Source: Thermodesulfobacteriota bacterium
Lineage (GTDB): Bacteria > Desulfobacterota > Desulfobulbia > Desulfobulbales > SURF-16
Reading direction: 5' to 3'
Assembly (NCBI GenBank): GCA_040755455.1
Contig: JBFMAY010000003.1
Span: 64,047 to 128,046, forward strand
Length of the DNA stretch: 64,000 nucleotides
Shown: piece after piece, positions 27,781 to 38,206 of the stretch
Layout of the letters: every line of letters starts with the position of its first letter
Position numbering within the stretch: the stretch's first letter is position 1
Notes under the pieces: model-generated
Database searches by the model: none
Told to the model about the DNA's origin: nothing
What the model saw: only the letters and a program-made list of their open reading frames with translations
Made by a program: the position numbers and the translations under genes

Positions 27781-29553
27781 ATGGCGGACGAATTAAATGA
27801 AAAGCTTGGCAGCACAGCTGTTGTCTGGGACCTGGGCGACCTGTACAACTCTGTGCAGGACCCGGCCATCAAAGAGGATATCGCCTTTTGCCAGGAGGAA
27901 GCGGTCCTGCTCAGGGAATCGTTTGCCGGCAAGCTCGACACCCTCACCCCAGCCCAGCTTGCCCGCCTGGTCCGGCGTTTTGAGAGGATTGAATCCTTTA
28001 TCGCCAGGGTGGCCACCTATGCCTTTCTCAATTTCACCACCCAGATAAAAAACCCGGCGGCCGGCGCCTTTCTCCAGGAGGTGAAGGAGACATCGAGCCG
28101 CATTGCCAGGGAAACGGTATTCTTTGACCTGGAATGGAGCAAGATGGACGAAAAGATCGCGGGTCCCCTGCTCGCTGCCGAGGAAACCAGCCATTACCGC
28201 CATTACCTGCAGAATATCCGGCGCTATGCCAGCCACATGCTCTCCCAGGCGGAAGAGACCCTGCTCATCGAAACAGCGCCGGTGGGCAGGAGCAGCTGGA
28301 CCAATCTCTTTGAAAAGGTGCTCGGCCATCTCCAGTTCGGCGAGGCCAAGCGCACCGAGGAGGAGGTATTGGCCGATCTCTACTGCCAGGACCGGGAGGT
28401 GCGCAGCAAGGCGGCGGATGAGCTGACCGAAGGGCTGAAGAGCCAGCTGCACATTCTCACCCATATCTTCAACACCCTGCTGGCCGACAAGATGATCAGC
28501 GACCGGCTGCGCAGCTACCCCTCCTGGATCAACTCCATGAATCTCGCCAATGAGCTGGAGGACGCCACCGTGGAGGTGCTGATTGAGGCGGCCACCTCCC
28601 GCTATGACCTGGTCAGACGTTACTATGCGGTGAAGAAGCAGTTGCTGGGGCTTGACGAACTGCGGGATTATGACCGCTACGCCCCCCTGCCCCATCTGCC
28701 CTCCGCCACCATCAGCTGGGATGAGTGCAAGGAGATGGTGATCAGCGGCTTCCGCAATTTTTCGCCGAAGATGGCGGAAATCGCCTCCTTCTTCTTTGAC
28801 CGCCGCTGGATCCATGCCCCGGTGCTCGATGGCAAACGGGGCGGAGCCTTTGCCCATCCCTGCGTGCCGGAGGTTCATCCCTATGTGATGGTCAACTATA
28901 CGGGCAATATCCGCGACGTCTCCACCGTGGCCCATGAACTGGGACACGGTGTCCATCAATACCTGGCGGCCAAACAGGGATACTTTAACAGCAGCACCCC
29001 CCTTGTGCTGGCCGAAACCGCCTCGGTCTTCGCCGAGCTGCTCATCTTCCATGACCAGCTGGCATTGCTCACCGATGCCGGGGAACGCAGGGCTTTCACC
29101 TGCCAGAAGCTGGAATCCATTTTCGCCACCGTCTTTCGCCAGGTGTCGATGAACAGATTCGAACACCTGATGCACAACGCCAGAAGGGACAAGGGCGAAC
29201 TGTCCGACAGCAGACTGAGCGAACTGTGGCTCGACACCCAGCGCGAGATGTTCGGTGACTCGGTCACCCTGACCGACAATTATGGCATCTGGTGGTCCTA
29301 CATCCCCCACTTTCTCCATTCGCCCGGCTATGTTTACTCCTACGCCTTCGGGGAACTGCTGGTGCTGGCCCTCTACAATCTTTACCAGACAGAAGGCGAA
29401 AAATTCATCCCCAAATATCTGCATCTCCTGAGCCAGGGCGGCAACCTGTCACCCTATGAGCTCCTGCAGCCCTTTGGCGTTGACCTTAACGACAAAAACT
29501 TCTGGCAGGGGGGACTGTCGATTATTGATCAGATGCTGCAAAGTATTGAGTAA
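27781..29553 (+). CDS. pepF: M3-family oligoendopeptidase F
   Basis: WDL..LY, GKRGGAF, HELGH zinc motif, AETAS, YVYSYAFG. Confidence 0.92.
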   Translation: MADELNEKLGSTAVVWDLGDLYNSVQDPAIKEDIAFCQEEAVLLRESFAGKLDTLTPAQLARLVRRFERIESFIARVATYAFLNFTTQIKNPAAGAFLQEVKETSSRIARETVFFDLEWSKMDEKIAGPLLAAEETSHYRHYLQNIRRYASHMLSQAEETLLIETAPVGRSSWTNLFEKVLGHLQFGEAKRTEEEVLADLYCQDREVRSKAADELTEGLKSQLHILTHIFNTLLADKMISDRLRSYPSWINSMNLANELEDATVEVLIEAATSRYDLVRRYYAVKKQLLGLDELRDYDRYAPLPHLPSATISWDECKEMVISGFRNFSPKMAEIASFFFDRRWIHAPVLDGKRGGAFAHPCVPEVHPYVMVNYTGNIRDVSTVAHELGHGVHQYLAAKQGYFNSSTPLVLAETASVFAELLIFHDQLALLTDAGERRAFTCQKLESIFATVFRQVSMNRFEHLMHNARRDKGELSDSRLSELWLDTQREMFGDSVTLTDNYGIWWSYIPHFLHSPGYVYSYAFGELLVLALYNLYQTEGEKFIPKYLHLLSQGGNLSPYELLQPFGVDLNDKNFWQGGLSIIDQMLQSIE

Positions 29554-29562
29554 TCCTGCTGG

Positions 29563-32500
29563 ATGAGTCAGAAATACAAACTCACCTTTCTCATCCTGCT
29601 GCTCGGTCTGCTGGTCTATCTGGCCCCAAGACTCCTGGTGGTCAAGGAGGTGCAGACGGAACTGGTCCGGCAGGCAAGCGCGGCCCTCAACGCCGAGGTT
29701 GCCATCGGCCAGATCCGCTGGCGCTGGGCCCCCCTGCCCCACCTCACCCTGTCTGACACCACCGTCACCCACCAAGATTTCGCCCTGCAGTTGCCCAAGA
29801 CCAGAATCTACCCGGACTGGCAGGCCCTGCTTGCCGGCAGGGTGGCCATCGGCCGGCTCTATCTGCGCTCTCCCCATGTCACGCTCAAGCAGTCTTTTGT
29901 GACCGGGCTTTTAGCAGGAGAGGTGCAGGGGCTGCTGCCCGGGGCCGACGTCACCGTTGATGACGGCGCAGTGGACATCTCTGCCTTTGACAGCGACCTC
30001 TTCCGGGTAAAAACACTCTCTTTTGCCGACATCCGCCTCAAAATACGCGACAGTGCCGATCATCTGACCGTGTCACTGCAGGGTAACTCATCCTTTGCCG
30101 GCGCCCTCTCGCTCCAAGGGGATTTTTATGCCGATTCCGCCACCTATGCCGGCAAGGTCGAGGTGGAAAAATTTCAGCTTGCCCGGCTCGGCGAGCTCAC
30201 CGCCAAGGTCATGCAGCCACTGCCCTCAGCGGTGGATTTCAACTGTGACATTATCGGCCAGGGACTCAAGTCCGTGCAGGTCCTGTTCAGCGGAGATATT
30301 CCGGCCTTTTCCCTGCAGCGGCTGGAACAGCCGGTGCCGTTCCAGTTCAGGCAGGCCAAGCTGCTGCTGGAGAAAAACGGAGCGGATTTCACGGCCAAGA
30401 TTTTTGCCCTGAGCCTTGCTGATCCACAGCTCTCTTTGTCCGGCCTGATCAGCCGCTACTTCACGGCGGATTCTCCCCTGCCGCTCTACCGGCTTGATCT
30501 TGCCGCCAAGGATATCGATCTGAGCGGCGTCCGCGCCAGGCTGCTCGCCCTGCTCGGCGATGAACATATCACCACCACCGTGTGCAACGTGGTGCGCGGC
30601 GGCCGGGCCAAATCCGCCACCTATACCTTCAACGCCCCCCTGGCCGACTTCGCCTCTCTGACGTCGATGACCATCAATGTTGATGTGGATAATGCCGACA
30701 TCCATGTGCCGGAGGTGGAACTTGATCTGGCCCGGGCATCCGGTCCCATTGTCATCAAGGATGGCAATATCCACGGCTATGATCTGACCACCTGGCTCGG
30801 TGAACACTTCGGCTCAAAGGGTTCCTTTTCCCTGGGACTCTCCGACGACAGCTGGCTCTTCAAGCTTGATCTCGATATCGACGCCGACCTGGCCACCCTG
30901 CCCCGAACCCTGCATCATCTCATTCATAATGACAAATTCAGGAGCGAGGTACTGAAGTTTTCTTCCCAGGGGCGGAAGATGGGCCATCTCACCATCGGTG
31001 ATGATCTGCGCGATTTCACCGTGGATGTCCGCATTCCGGACATGCGGGATGCCCAGGTTAACTATGAACGGATCAGCTGGCCCATCGGCTTGCAGGGCGG
31101 TCTGCTGCACATCCATGGCGACCAGGTTGCGTGGCAAGGGGTTGCCGCCGAAATCGGCCCCCATAAGCTGGTTGAATGCACGGGCAATCTTTCGTGGGGC
31201 GACAACGATATTCCGTTTGCCGTTACATCTATTGCCGCCACCCTGGACGCCGCGTCTTTTCTGGCTGAGCTCAACCGCTATCCGGTGATTGCCGCCACCC
31301 TTTCTCCCGATATTGCCAAGATTGCCGGTCTAATTGTCGTAAGCCAGGGCAATGCCAAGGGGCCATTTCTCCAGCCGGCCCTCTGGCAATACCAGCTTGC
31401 TGCCGGCCTTCAGCAAATCACCCTTGTCACCCCGCATCTGCCCGAAGCCGTCACCATCGACTCGGGCGAGCTGGCAATGGATGAAAATCATGCTGGCCTG
31501 ACGGATGGCCACACCAGATTCCTTGATTCACCCCTGACCATTGCCGCCAATCTTTCCCATAATCTCTTCTCCACCTGGAGCGGCTGGCTGGAGCTCGACG
31601 GTCCGGTCACCACGGAGCAGGGCAAGTGGCTGGCCAGCAAGGACTGGATACCCGGACTCTTTTTCCCCAAGATGCCGTGCGCCATCAAAAAACTGAAAAT
31701 AGGCTTTGCCGACCGAGATGTTGCGGTCTTCGGCACCGTACAAAACAGCTCATTTGCCGGGTCACCGGTTGAGACCGTGGTGGATGTCAAGGTAAAGGAC
31801 GGACAGCATGAAAACACGGGGCTTCATTTTTTCAGGGACCAGCGTGATGGTCTGGTCACCATCACCGGGGGCTCCGCCTCTGAAAATCCGCAGATCTCCT
31901 TTCAGGGCAGTATTGACTGGCAGACCGTGGCGGCTGTTTTTAATACCCGCATGGTGCTGAACGGTGCACTGCAGGGTTTTTTTACCCTCACCCCACCTGT
32001 TGAGGGGCGGCAATTGCGCTTCAACGGCCGGGCCGAGGCCCGGGACCTGCAATGGTTATGGGGGGACTATTTACGGCAGATTTCCATTGCCGGATTATCA
32101 CTTGCCGGCAGCGATGAACATCTGTCCGTAAAAAAGCTGGATTTTACCTTTGAAAATGAACAGGTCAGCGGTTCCGGCGAACTGAAATTTTCTCCCCGGT
32201 ATGTGACAACGGATCTGTCGCTGCATGCCCGGACATTGTCCCAGAACACCCTCACCCATTTCATCGATGATCTGACCGTCTTCCTTAACAAGCTCAGCGG
32301 CTCGGACCAAAAGAGCCTGGCCTCCACCATTTCCGACAATGTGTCCGGGGCAATCAGGGTCAGGGCCGAGGAGTTTCTGTTTGCCGAGACCATCAAAGAA
32401 GGCAAAAAACAGCAGTACAAACTCACCCCTCTGCAGGGCACCATCGACTTCAGCGAGAAGCAGGCCAGCACGCTGGTCCTGACGGACTCGAATTTCTGCG

Positions 32501-33255
32501 GCCTGGGCATTGACGGCACCTTGCAATGGCAAGACGAGCAGAGCAGCAAGGAATTCGTCTTAAAAAATCCTGACACCACCACCCCGCTTTTTGAGGAATT
32601 CCTGCCATGCGCCGGCGTGAAAAACACCCTCATTGCCGGGCCTTTTTCCGTAAATGCCGTCCTGCAGGATCAGAACGGCAATCTGTCGTCCGGCAAATTT
32701 CTGCTGCGGGCGGAAAACGGCATCCTGCAGAAGATGGATATTCTCTCGAAAATTTTCAAATTGATCAATTTCACCGACCTGTATCAGGGCCTGTTTTCCA
32801 GCGGCTTCCGCTACAAGACGCTGGAGGTCAACGGCCATGTGGCTGAAAACCGGCTCATTCTCGACAAGGCGGTCATGGAGGGGGAAGGAATGGATATCAT
32901 GGCCCAGGGCCACATCAATCTGCGCACCCTTGACACGGACTTGACCTTTTTTATCGTACCGTTTAAAACAATTGACAAGATCATCAATATGATGCCGCTG
33001 GTGGGGCGGATCATAGGCGGCAAAAAACGCCACATTGTCACCTATCCGGTGAGGGTGACCGGCAATCTGCGGTCGCCTGACCTGAGTGTCCTTTCGCCAA
33101 CCGCCATCGGCAAGGCCGCCGTGGATTTTATTTTTGATACGCTGACTCTGCCGCTTGATCTGTTGCCGATTCCGGACGAAGCGCCATCCGCAGAAAAAAA
33201 CGGTGCTGAGGAAATGGAAACCGGAAAGCCTGAAAAGGACGCGCCTGCGAAATGA
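29563..33255 (+). CDS. AsmA/YhdP-like large periplasmic protein
   Basis: N-terminal TM, long beta-rich body, C-terminal ..PLVGRIIGG...V.G.L..P motif. Confidence 0.75.
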   Translation: MSQKYKLTFLILLLGLLVYLAPRLLVVKEVQTELVRQASAALNAEVAIGQIRWRWAPLPHLTLSDTTVTHQDFALQLPKTRIYPDWQALLAGRVAIGRLYLRSPHVTLKQSFVTGLLAGEVQGLLPGADVTVDDGAVDISAFDSDLFRVKTLSFADIRLKIRDSADHLTVSLQGNSSFAGALSLQGDFYADSATYAGKVEVEKFQLARLGELTAKVMQPLPSAVDFNCDIIGQGLKSVQVLFSGDIPAFSLQRLEQPVPFQFRQAKLLLEKNGADFTAKIFALSLADPQLSLSGLISRYFTADSPLPLYRLDLAAKDIDLSGVRARLLALLGDEHITTTVCNVVRGGRAKSATYTFNAPLADFASLTSMTINVDVDNADIHVPEVELDLARASGPIVIKDGNIHGYDLTTWLGEHFGSKGSFSLGLSDDSWLFKLDLDIDADLATLPRTLHHLIHNDKFRSEVLKFSSQGRKMGHLTIGDDLRDFTVDVRIPDMRDAQVNYERISWPIGLQGGLLHIHGDQVAWQGVAAEIGPHKLVECTGNLSWGDNDIPFAVTSIAATLDAASFLAELNRYPVIAATLSPDIAKIAGLIVVSQGNAKGPFLQPALWQYQLAAGLQQITLVTPHLPEAVTIDSGELAMDENHAGLTDGHTRFLDSPLTIAANLSHNLFSTWSGWLELDGPVTTEQGKWLASKDWIPGLFFPKMPCAIKKLKIGFADRDVAVFGTVQNSSFAGSPVETVVDVKVKDGQHENTGLHFFRDQRDGLVTITGGSASENPQISFQGSIDWQTVAAVFNTRMVLNGALQGFFTLTPPVEGRQLRFNGRAEARDLQWLWGDYLRQISIAGLSLAGSDEHLSVKKLDFTFENEQVSGSGELKFSPRYVTTDLSLHARTLSQNTLTHFIDDLTVFLNKLSGSDQKSLASTISDNVSGAIRVRAEEFLFAETIKEGKKQQYKLTPLQGTIDFSEKQASTLVLTDSNFCGLGIDGTLQWQDEQSSKEFVLKNPDTTTPLFEEFLPCAGVKNTLIAGPFSVNAVLQDQNGNLSSGKFLLRAENGILQKMDILSKIFKLINFTDLYQGLFSSGFRYKTLEVNGHVAENRLILDKAVMEGEGMDIMAQGHINLRTLDTDLTFFIVPFKTIDKIINMMPLVGRIIGGKKRHIVTYPVRVTGNLRSPDLSVLSPTAIGKAAVDFIFDTLTLPLDLLPIPDEAPSAEKNGAEEMETGKPEKDAPAK

Positions 33256-33452
33256 TAGTGAAGATAGTCGGAATATTTTTTGTCGTGGTCGGCACGGTGA
33301 TCTCAGTGATATTCTGGGTGCCGGGGGTCATCAACAAGAGCCAGTTGCGGCAGATCATGGGGCATCGCTACCCCATGATCTATTTCATCTACTTCAGCAA
33401 TGGCCCGCTGCTGCTCATTATCGGTGCCGTTATTTTGACCTGTTTGCGCTAA
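33252..33452 (+). CDS. Small two-helix membrane protein
   Basis: 66 aa, two hydrophobic segments, ATGA overlap with upstream stop. Confidence 0.7.
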   Translation: MIVKIVGIFFVVVGTVISVIFWVPGVINKSQLRQIMGHRYPMIYFIYFSNGPLLLIIGAVILTCLR

Positions 33453-33492
33453 AGGACTCGGGAAATGTCAATATACCTGGATCCGGAATGCG

Positions 33493-34719
33493 TTATGGCC
33501 TTTTAGCATTTTCCGAGTCCCTAAGCACCAAGCGCCAGATGCCCCGGGCCGTCTCTTCCTTGGACAGCAGGGGAAATTCGGTCTGTCCTTCCTGCCGGTC
33601 AAGTATGATCACCCGGTTGGTGTCAACCCCGAAACCGCTGTCAGCTGCGGTGATATCATTGACGACAATAAAGTCGAGATTCTTCTTCTGTAGCTTTTCC
33701 CGGCCATACTCCACCAGATTGCCGCTTTCCGCGGCAAAACCGATGAGCAGTGGGGGCCTGGGCCGCTGGTCTTTAATCTCGCCGAGTTTATGCAGGATGT
33801 CCCGGTTGGGTGTCAGCTGCAGCGAGATGTCTTCCCCGGACTTCTTTATCTTGCCGGCCGACAGCTCGGCGGGTCTGAAATCGGATACCGCCGCGGCCTT
33901 GACAATAATGTCCGCCACATCAAAACGGCTCAGCACCTCCCTGTACATCTCCGCCGCGGTGCGGATATTGATCAGCTCAACCCCGGCCGGCGGCGCGAGC
34001 CGGGTGGGACCGCTGACCAGGATGACCCTGGCGCCGAGCTGCCGGGCCACGGCCGCCATGGCGTAACCCATTTTGCCGGATGAACGGTTGCCCAGGAAAC
34101 GGACCGGATCAAGCGGTTCCTCCGTGGGGCCGGCGGTGACCAGCACCGTTTTGCCGGCCAGTTCCTGAGGGGTCAGGGCAGTGATGATGGCATCCCGCAC
34201 CTGATGCCATTCGGGCAGCCGGCCCGGCCCTTCCTCGCCGCAGGCCATCATGCCGCTTTCCGGCTCAAGCACCAGGTAGCCGTACTCCCTCAGTTTCCCG
34301 AGATTCTCCTGGGTTGCCGCATGCAGGTACATCCTGCTGTTCATGGCCGGACAGACGACAATTTTCGCCTCGCTGGCCAGGACGATGGCGGCCAGCAGAT
34401 CATCGGCCAGGCCATGGGCAAGCCTGGCGATGGTCTGAGCCGTGGCCGGGGCGACCAGGATGAGGTCACTGGAACGGGCCAGACTGATATGGGGAATCCG
34501 TTCCTCATCCTGGGCGGCAAACATCGACCCATGGACAGCATTGCCTGTCAGGGCGGCAAAGGTGAGGGGCGCAACGAATTTCCTGGCGGACTTGGTCATG
34601 ACCACCCTGACCTCCGCCCCTTCCCGCTGCAGGGAACGGACCCAGTCACAGACCTTGTAGGCGGCAATGGAGCCGGTGATGCCGCACAGGATGTGTTTAT
34701 TCTCCAGGACGGGCGCCAT
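33493..34719 (-). CDS. coaBC: Bifunctional phosphopantothenoylcysteine decarboxylase/ligase
   Basis: GITGSIAAYK, APATA, PAMN..M, TAGPT.E.LDPVRF..NRSSGKMG, AAVSDF, GFAAE. Confidence 0.97.
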   Translation of the reverse strand: MAPVLENKHILCGITGSIAAYKVCDWVRSLQREGAEVRVVMTKSARKFVAPLTFAALTGNAVHGSMFAAQDEERIPHISLARSSDLILVAPATAQTIARLAHGLADDLLAAIVLASEAKIVVCPAMNSRMYLHAATQENLGKLREYGYLVLEPESGMMACGEEGPGRLPEWHQVRDAIITALTPQELAGKTVLVTAGPTEEPLDPVRFLGNRSSGKMGYAMAAVARQLGARVILVSGPTRLAPPAGVELINIRTAAEMYREVLSRFDVADIIVKAAAVSDFRPAELSAGKIKKSGEDISLQLTPNRDILHKLGEIKDQRPRPPLLIGFAAESGNLVEYGREKLQKKNLDFIVVNDITAADSGFGVDTNRVIILDRQEGQTEFPLLSKEETARGIWRLVLRDSENAKRP

Positions 34720-34728
34720 GGTCAGCGC

Positions 34729-35253
34729 TTATTCCAGCGGAGAAACGGTATAGTTGTCGCCGCCGCCTCTGGTACCACCAACGCCCCCGCCGATGGAATC
34801 CGTGTCCTGGGCGATGTAGATATTGACCACGGTCTTGAAATTGAGTTTATTTTCGGAGATGGTGATCATGCATGTTCTGTCTGGCTTGGTGAAAATCAGC
34901 AGATAGTTTTTTGCCTTTACCACCCCGGAAAGCTTCCAGCCGTTCTTGGGCATGGCGCCCTCGAAAAAGTCGGAAAGGGAAATGACGTCGATGCGGCCCT
35001 CGAAATTCAATACCCCGCCGTTAAAGGAATTGGTTTTGACGAACATGGAGTTTTCCCGGTTCATCTCCAGTCCGTCAGGGATGAGAACCTCCCGAAAATC
35101 GGGCGGATAATAGGGCTGACCTGCCGGGGAATATCCTCCCTGCGAATCATCGCCCCCCATGCTGCCCATATTTGCGCAGCCGGTCAGCAGCAGTAAAAGG
35201 AAAAGAACGGAAAAAAAACCAACGGCATGAATCTGTTTACTTTTGGAAAACAT
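34729..35253 (-). CDS. Lipoprotein, hypothetical
   Basis: Lipobox LTGC after a hydrophobic stretch; AGGAGG RBS. Confidence 0.8.
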   Translation of the reverse strand: MFSKSKQIHAVGFFSVLFLLLLLTGCANMGSMGGDDSQGGYSPAGQPYYPPDFREVLIPDGLEMNRENSMFVKTNSFNGGVLNFEGRIDVISLSDFFEGAMPKNGWKLSGVVKAKNYLLIFTKPDRTCMITISENKLNFKTVVNIYIAQDTDSIGGGVGGTRGGGDNYTVSPLE

Positions 35254-35266
35254 CGGTGTCCTCCTG

Positions 35267-35776
35267 CTAGAATGTTTTTAAAATAAAGACATCAAGTCCC
35301 TTGCGGGATGATTTCTGCTTGCGGTGCAGCGGGTAACCGATGGCCAGCACGGCCATCAAATCATACTGCGATGTAAGATCGAGAATAGTATTCACTTTTT
35401 CCTTATTTTTCAAGATCTGGCCGAGCCAGACCGCGCCAAGACCAAGGGCCTCGGCGGCAAGGAGCATATTTTCAATGCAGGCCCCGGCAGCCTGATGGTC
35501 CTTTACCTCATCATACATGGCTTCCCGGTCGAGATAGACGGCGATGAGAGCGCGGGCGGCAAGCACGATGTGGCGGTAATGGGTGGTTTCGCTCAGCTTG
35601 TTTCTTGTTTCTTCATCCGTAACCAGAACAAATCGCCACGGCTGATTGTTGAGACCGGAAGGTGCCCAGATACCGGCGCGGACAATCTCGCGCAGGTCGT
35701 TTACGGCAACATCCTGCTCGGTAAACTCGCGGATGCTGCGGCGTGCATAAATGGCTTCCAGGACTGGTTGCGGCAT
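35267..35776 (-). CDS. Nitroreductase family protein
   Basis: RRSIR, APSGLNNQPW, ENMLLAA..LGLGAVW; start moved to ATG 35776 behind AAGGAGG. Confidence 0.92.
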   Translation of the reverse strand: MPQPVLEAIYARRSIREFTEQDVAVNDLREIVRAGIWAPSGLNNQPWRFVLVTDEETRNKLSETTHYRHIVLAARALIAVYLDREAMYDEVKDHQAAGACIENMLLAAEALGLGAVWLGQILKNKEKVNTILDLTSQYDLMAVLAIGYPLHRKQKSSRKGLDVFILKTF

Positions 35777-35926
35777 GGAAAACACCCCCTCCTTCCTCTG
35801 GCAATGGCGGATATTATCCCCATAATTACCCCTTTGTTGCAGGAATTTCAATAATTTGTTAGATGAGGTGAGCAAAAGGCGCATGGCCGCTTCACTTAAA
35901 AACAGAATATGAGAAGATAATTTACC

Positions 35927-36748
35927 GTGACAAAAAAGAAAAAAAATCCCCCCCTGCCCGTTCTTGACCGAGGCGCGGCCCTGGTCGACACCCATTGCCA
36001 TCTTGACATGATCGATGATGGACTCTATGCTGACAGGGTCATTGACCGGGCCCTTGCCGCCGGGGTCAGAGCCGTGATCACCATCGGCATCGACATGGAC
36101 AGCTCCAGAAAGGCTGTGGAGTTTGCCCGCAACCATGCCGGGGTCTATGCCGCGGTGGGCATCCATCCCCATCATGCCGCTGATTTAACCGATGCCACCC
36201 TCGACGAACTGGACCGTCTGAGCCGTGCTGAGCGGGTGGTGGCCTATGGTGAAATCGGCATTGATACGGTGAAGGACTATGCCCCGCTGGCTGTTCAGCG
36301 CAGCGCCTTCGTAAGCCAGCTACATCTGGCAAAAAGGCTTGGCCTGCCGGTCATCATCCACAACCGGGAGGCCCATGAGCAGATTTATGAATTGCTGCGC
36401 GCCAACGGCCCTTTCCCAGCGGCCGGGGTGATCCATTGTTTTTCCGGGGACGGGGCAACGGCGCAGAAATTTATTGATCTGGGTTTTTATATCTCCATTC
36501 CCGGCGTGGTGACCTTCAACAATGCGCAGATGCTCCATGATGCGGTGCGTGCCATTCCCTTGAGCCGCCTGCTGGTTGAAACGGACGCCCCCTTTTTGGC
36601 GCCCGTTCCCTTCCGGGGCAAAACAAACGAGCCGGTCTACACGCTGTATACGGCCTGTAAAGTCGCCGAATTAAAGGAAGTGACCCTGGATGAGGTGGCC
36701 AGACAGACAACTGCCAATGCACAAAAACTCTTCGGCATCTCTGCATGA
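35927..36748 (+). CDS. tatD: TatD-family hydrolase
   Basis: DTHCH, GIHPH, GEIGID, IIHNREA, IHCFSG, ETDAPFLAP. Confidence 0.95.
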   Translation: MTKKKKNPPLPVLDRGAALVDTHCHLDMIDDGLYADRVIDRALAAGVRAVITIGIDMDSSRKAVEFARNHAGVYAAVGIHPHHAADLTDATLDELDRLSRAERVVAYGEIGIDTVKDYAPLAVQRSAFVSQLHLAKRLGLPVIIHNREAHEQIYELLRANGPFPAAGVIHCFSGDGATAQKFIDLGFYISIPGVVTFNNAQMLHDAVRAIPLSRLLVETDAPFLAPVPFRGKTNEPVYTLYTACKVAELKEVTLDEVARQTTANAQKLFGISA

Positions 36749-36783
36749 CAGATTTCGTTGTTCCCGGCCTGGATATGGTATTT

Positions 36784-36856
36784 GCAGGGGTACCCCTTGG
36801 GTGGCCCCTTGTACCCACATGCGGCGCGTTGGGCAACCACAAGGGTTTGCACTTAC
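36784..36856. repeat. Degenerate REP-like doublet
   Basis: GCAGGGGTACCCCTTGGGTGGCCC and inverted GGGCAACCACAAGGGTTTGCACTTAC. Confidence 0.5.
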
Positions 36857-36959
36857 TACAGGGCCGGGGGCGTTTGCAATCGGCAGAAATGATTGTGGAC
36901 ATGGGACGTTTCAAGCATTTATTACGAGACAGTCAAAAGTGAATTTATAAAAGAGCCCT

Positions 36960-37652
36960 ATGTCAGCCATTAAAGAAAATTTAGAGAAAATCAGAGAACG
37001 GATTGCCACCGCGGCATTGCGGGCCGGCCGGGACCCGCATTCGGTGGGTCTTGTGGCGGTAAGCAAAAAAATCGACAACCAGCTTATCGCGGAGGCCATC
37101 GCCTGCGGCCAGAGGATTTTCGGCGAAAACTACATGCAGGAGGCCAAAGAGAAAATCAGCCGGCTGCCATCTGCGGTCCAGTGGCACTTTATCGGCCATA
37201 TCCAGTCCAAGAAGGCCAAGGACGCGGCAACCCTCTTTGATCTCGTGCACACGGTTGACAGCCTAAAACTTGCCAGGGCACTGGATAAACACGCTGGCCT
37301 GGCGGGCAGAACCTTGTCCGTGCTGATCCAGATCAATGTGGGCGGGGAAACCCAGAAGGAAGGTGTTGCCCCGGAACATGCCGAAGAGCTGCTGACGGCC
37401 ATGGGTGAACTCGCCAACCTCAAGGTGAGAGGCCTGATGACCATGCCCCCGTTCATGGACAACCCGGAGGATGCCCGGCCCTTTTTCCGCACCTTGCGGC
37501 AGCTTGCCGAGCATTTTGCGGCAAAAGGCTACTTTGACCGCAGCAAAGGCTTTGAACTGTCAATGGGGATGTCCGGCGACTTTGAGGTTGCCATTGAGGA
37601 AGGGGCCACCCTGGTGCGGGTCGGCACCGCGCTTTTCGGCCACCGGTTGTGA
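36960..37652 (+). CDS. yggS: PLP homeostasis protein YggS
   Basis: LVAVSK, FGENY.QE, WHFIGHIQ, GLMTMPP, LSMGMSGD..AIEEGAT.VRVG. Confidence 0.96.
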   Translation: MSAIKENLEKIRERIATAALRAGRDPHSVGLVAVSKKIDNQLIAEAIACGQRIFGENYMQEAKEKISRLPSAVQWHFIGHIQSKKAKDAATLFDLVHTVDSLKLARALDKHAGLAGRTLSVLIQINVGGETQKEGVAPEHAEELLTAMGELANLKVRGLMTMPPFMDNPEDARPFFRTLRQLAEHFAAKGYFDRSKGFELSMGMSGDFEVAIEEGATLVRVGTALFGHRL

Positions 37653-37719
37653 GCGCGGAATGCGGATCGGCATGAACCAGACAGGGACGGTTGGCAAACC
37701 GCCCCTGCAGCCTTCCTCC

Positions 37720-37953
37720 TCACTTCTTACTCCCCATTCCCTCAATGAGCCTTACAATCTCTCCCTCTTCAGGAAAGCGGCCGGCAGTCGCCTTGGAGAA
37801 GATCTTCCGGCCGCCGGCCACCACATCAAACACCCCGCCTGAACCGGCGATCAGTTCCACCTCGGCTGCGCATCTTTCAATCAATTGCTCTTCCAACCTG
37901 GAAGCACGCGGCTTATAGTTTCACTTGCCGCAATAGGTAATGGAAATCTTCAT
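37720..37953 (-). CDS. SelW/SelT/SelH (Rdx-family) selenoprotein, 77 aa, CxxU
   Basis: MKISITYCGK-U(TGA 37923-37921)-NYKPRASRL...LIAGSGGVFDV...IFSK...RFPEEGEI; AAGGAG RBS; SECIS-like hairpin downstream. Confidence 0.92.
37890..37904 (-). promoter_or_regulatory. Bacterial SECIS-like hairpin (Rdx gene)
   Basis: CUUCCA-GGU-UGGAAG starting 16 nt after the in-frame UGA. Confidence 0.75.
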
Positions 37954-38206
37954 CTCTGCTCCTTTTTCTGCTTTTTATGATTCTCTATTTGCCGGTGCCA
38001 CGAAACTGTGATATTATTTTTGTTGCTAGGGTCTTTCTGTTTGAAATTACTGTTTTTTTTAAAACAAATTCATTTTTTTGTAAAAAAAAGGAAAATAAAA
38101 AACTTAATGATACAAGCAAGTTATATCACAAAAGCTCAGCTCCGCCTCCCCCGCCCTTTTCATGGCGGGAGCTGCTGGGCATATTGCTATGCTTGCTTGT
38201 GCATTA

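Noticed and set aside
27793..29424. 543-aa and similar long antisense ORFs (also 60606-62228, 59211-60545, 7453-8550)
   Set aside because: Shadows of well-supported genes on the opposite strand
27781..29553. Oligoendopeptidase F as the leader peptidase of the RiPP locus
   Set aside because: 10 kb away behind unrelated housekeeping genes; no evidence of linkage
35777..36175. N-terminal extension of the nitroreductase ORF (302 aa in the track)
   Set aside because: Overlaps tatD antisense; the strong RBS and domain start indicate ATG 35776
36745..36942. 65-aa ORF between tatD and yggS
   Set aside because: Mostly made of a degenerate REP-like doublet; no motif; likely spurious despite the ATGA overlap
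37690..37720. GGCAAACC as the start of a c-di-GMP-I (GEMM) riboswitch
   Set aside because: No GNRA loop or second stem, and it lies between convergent gene ends
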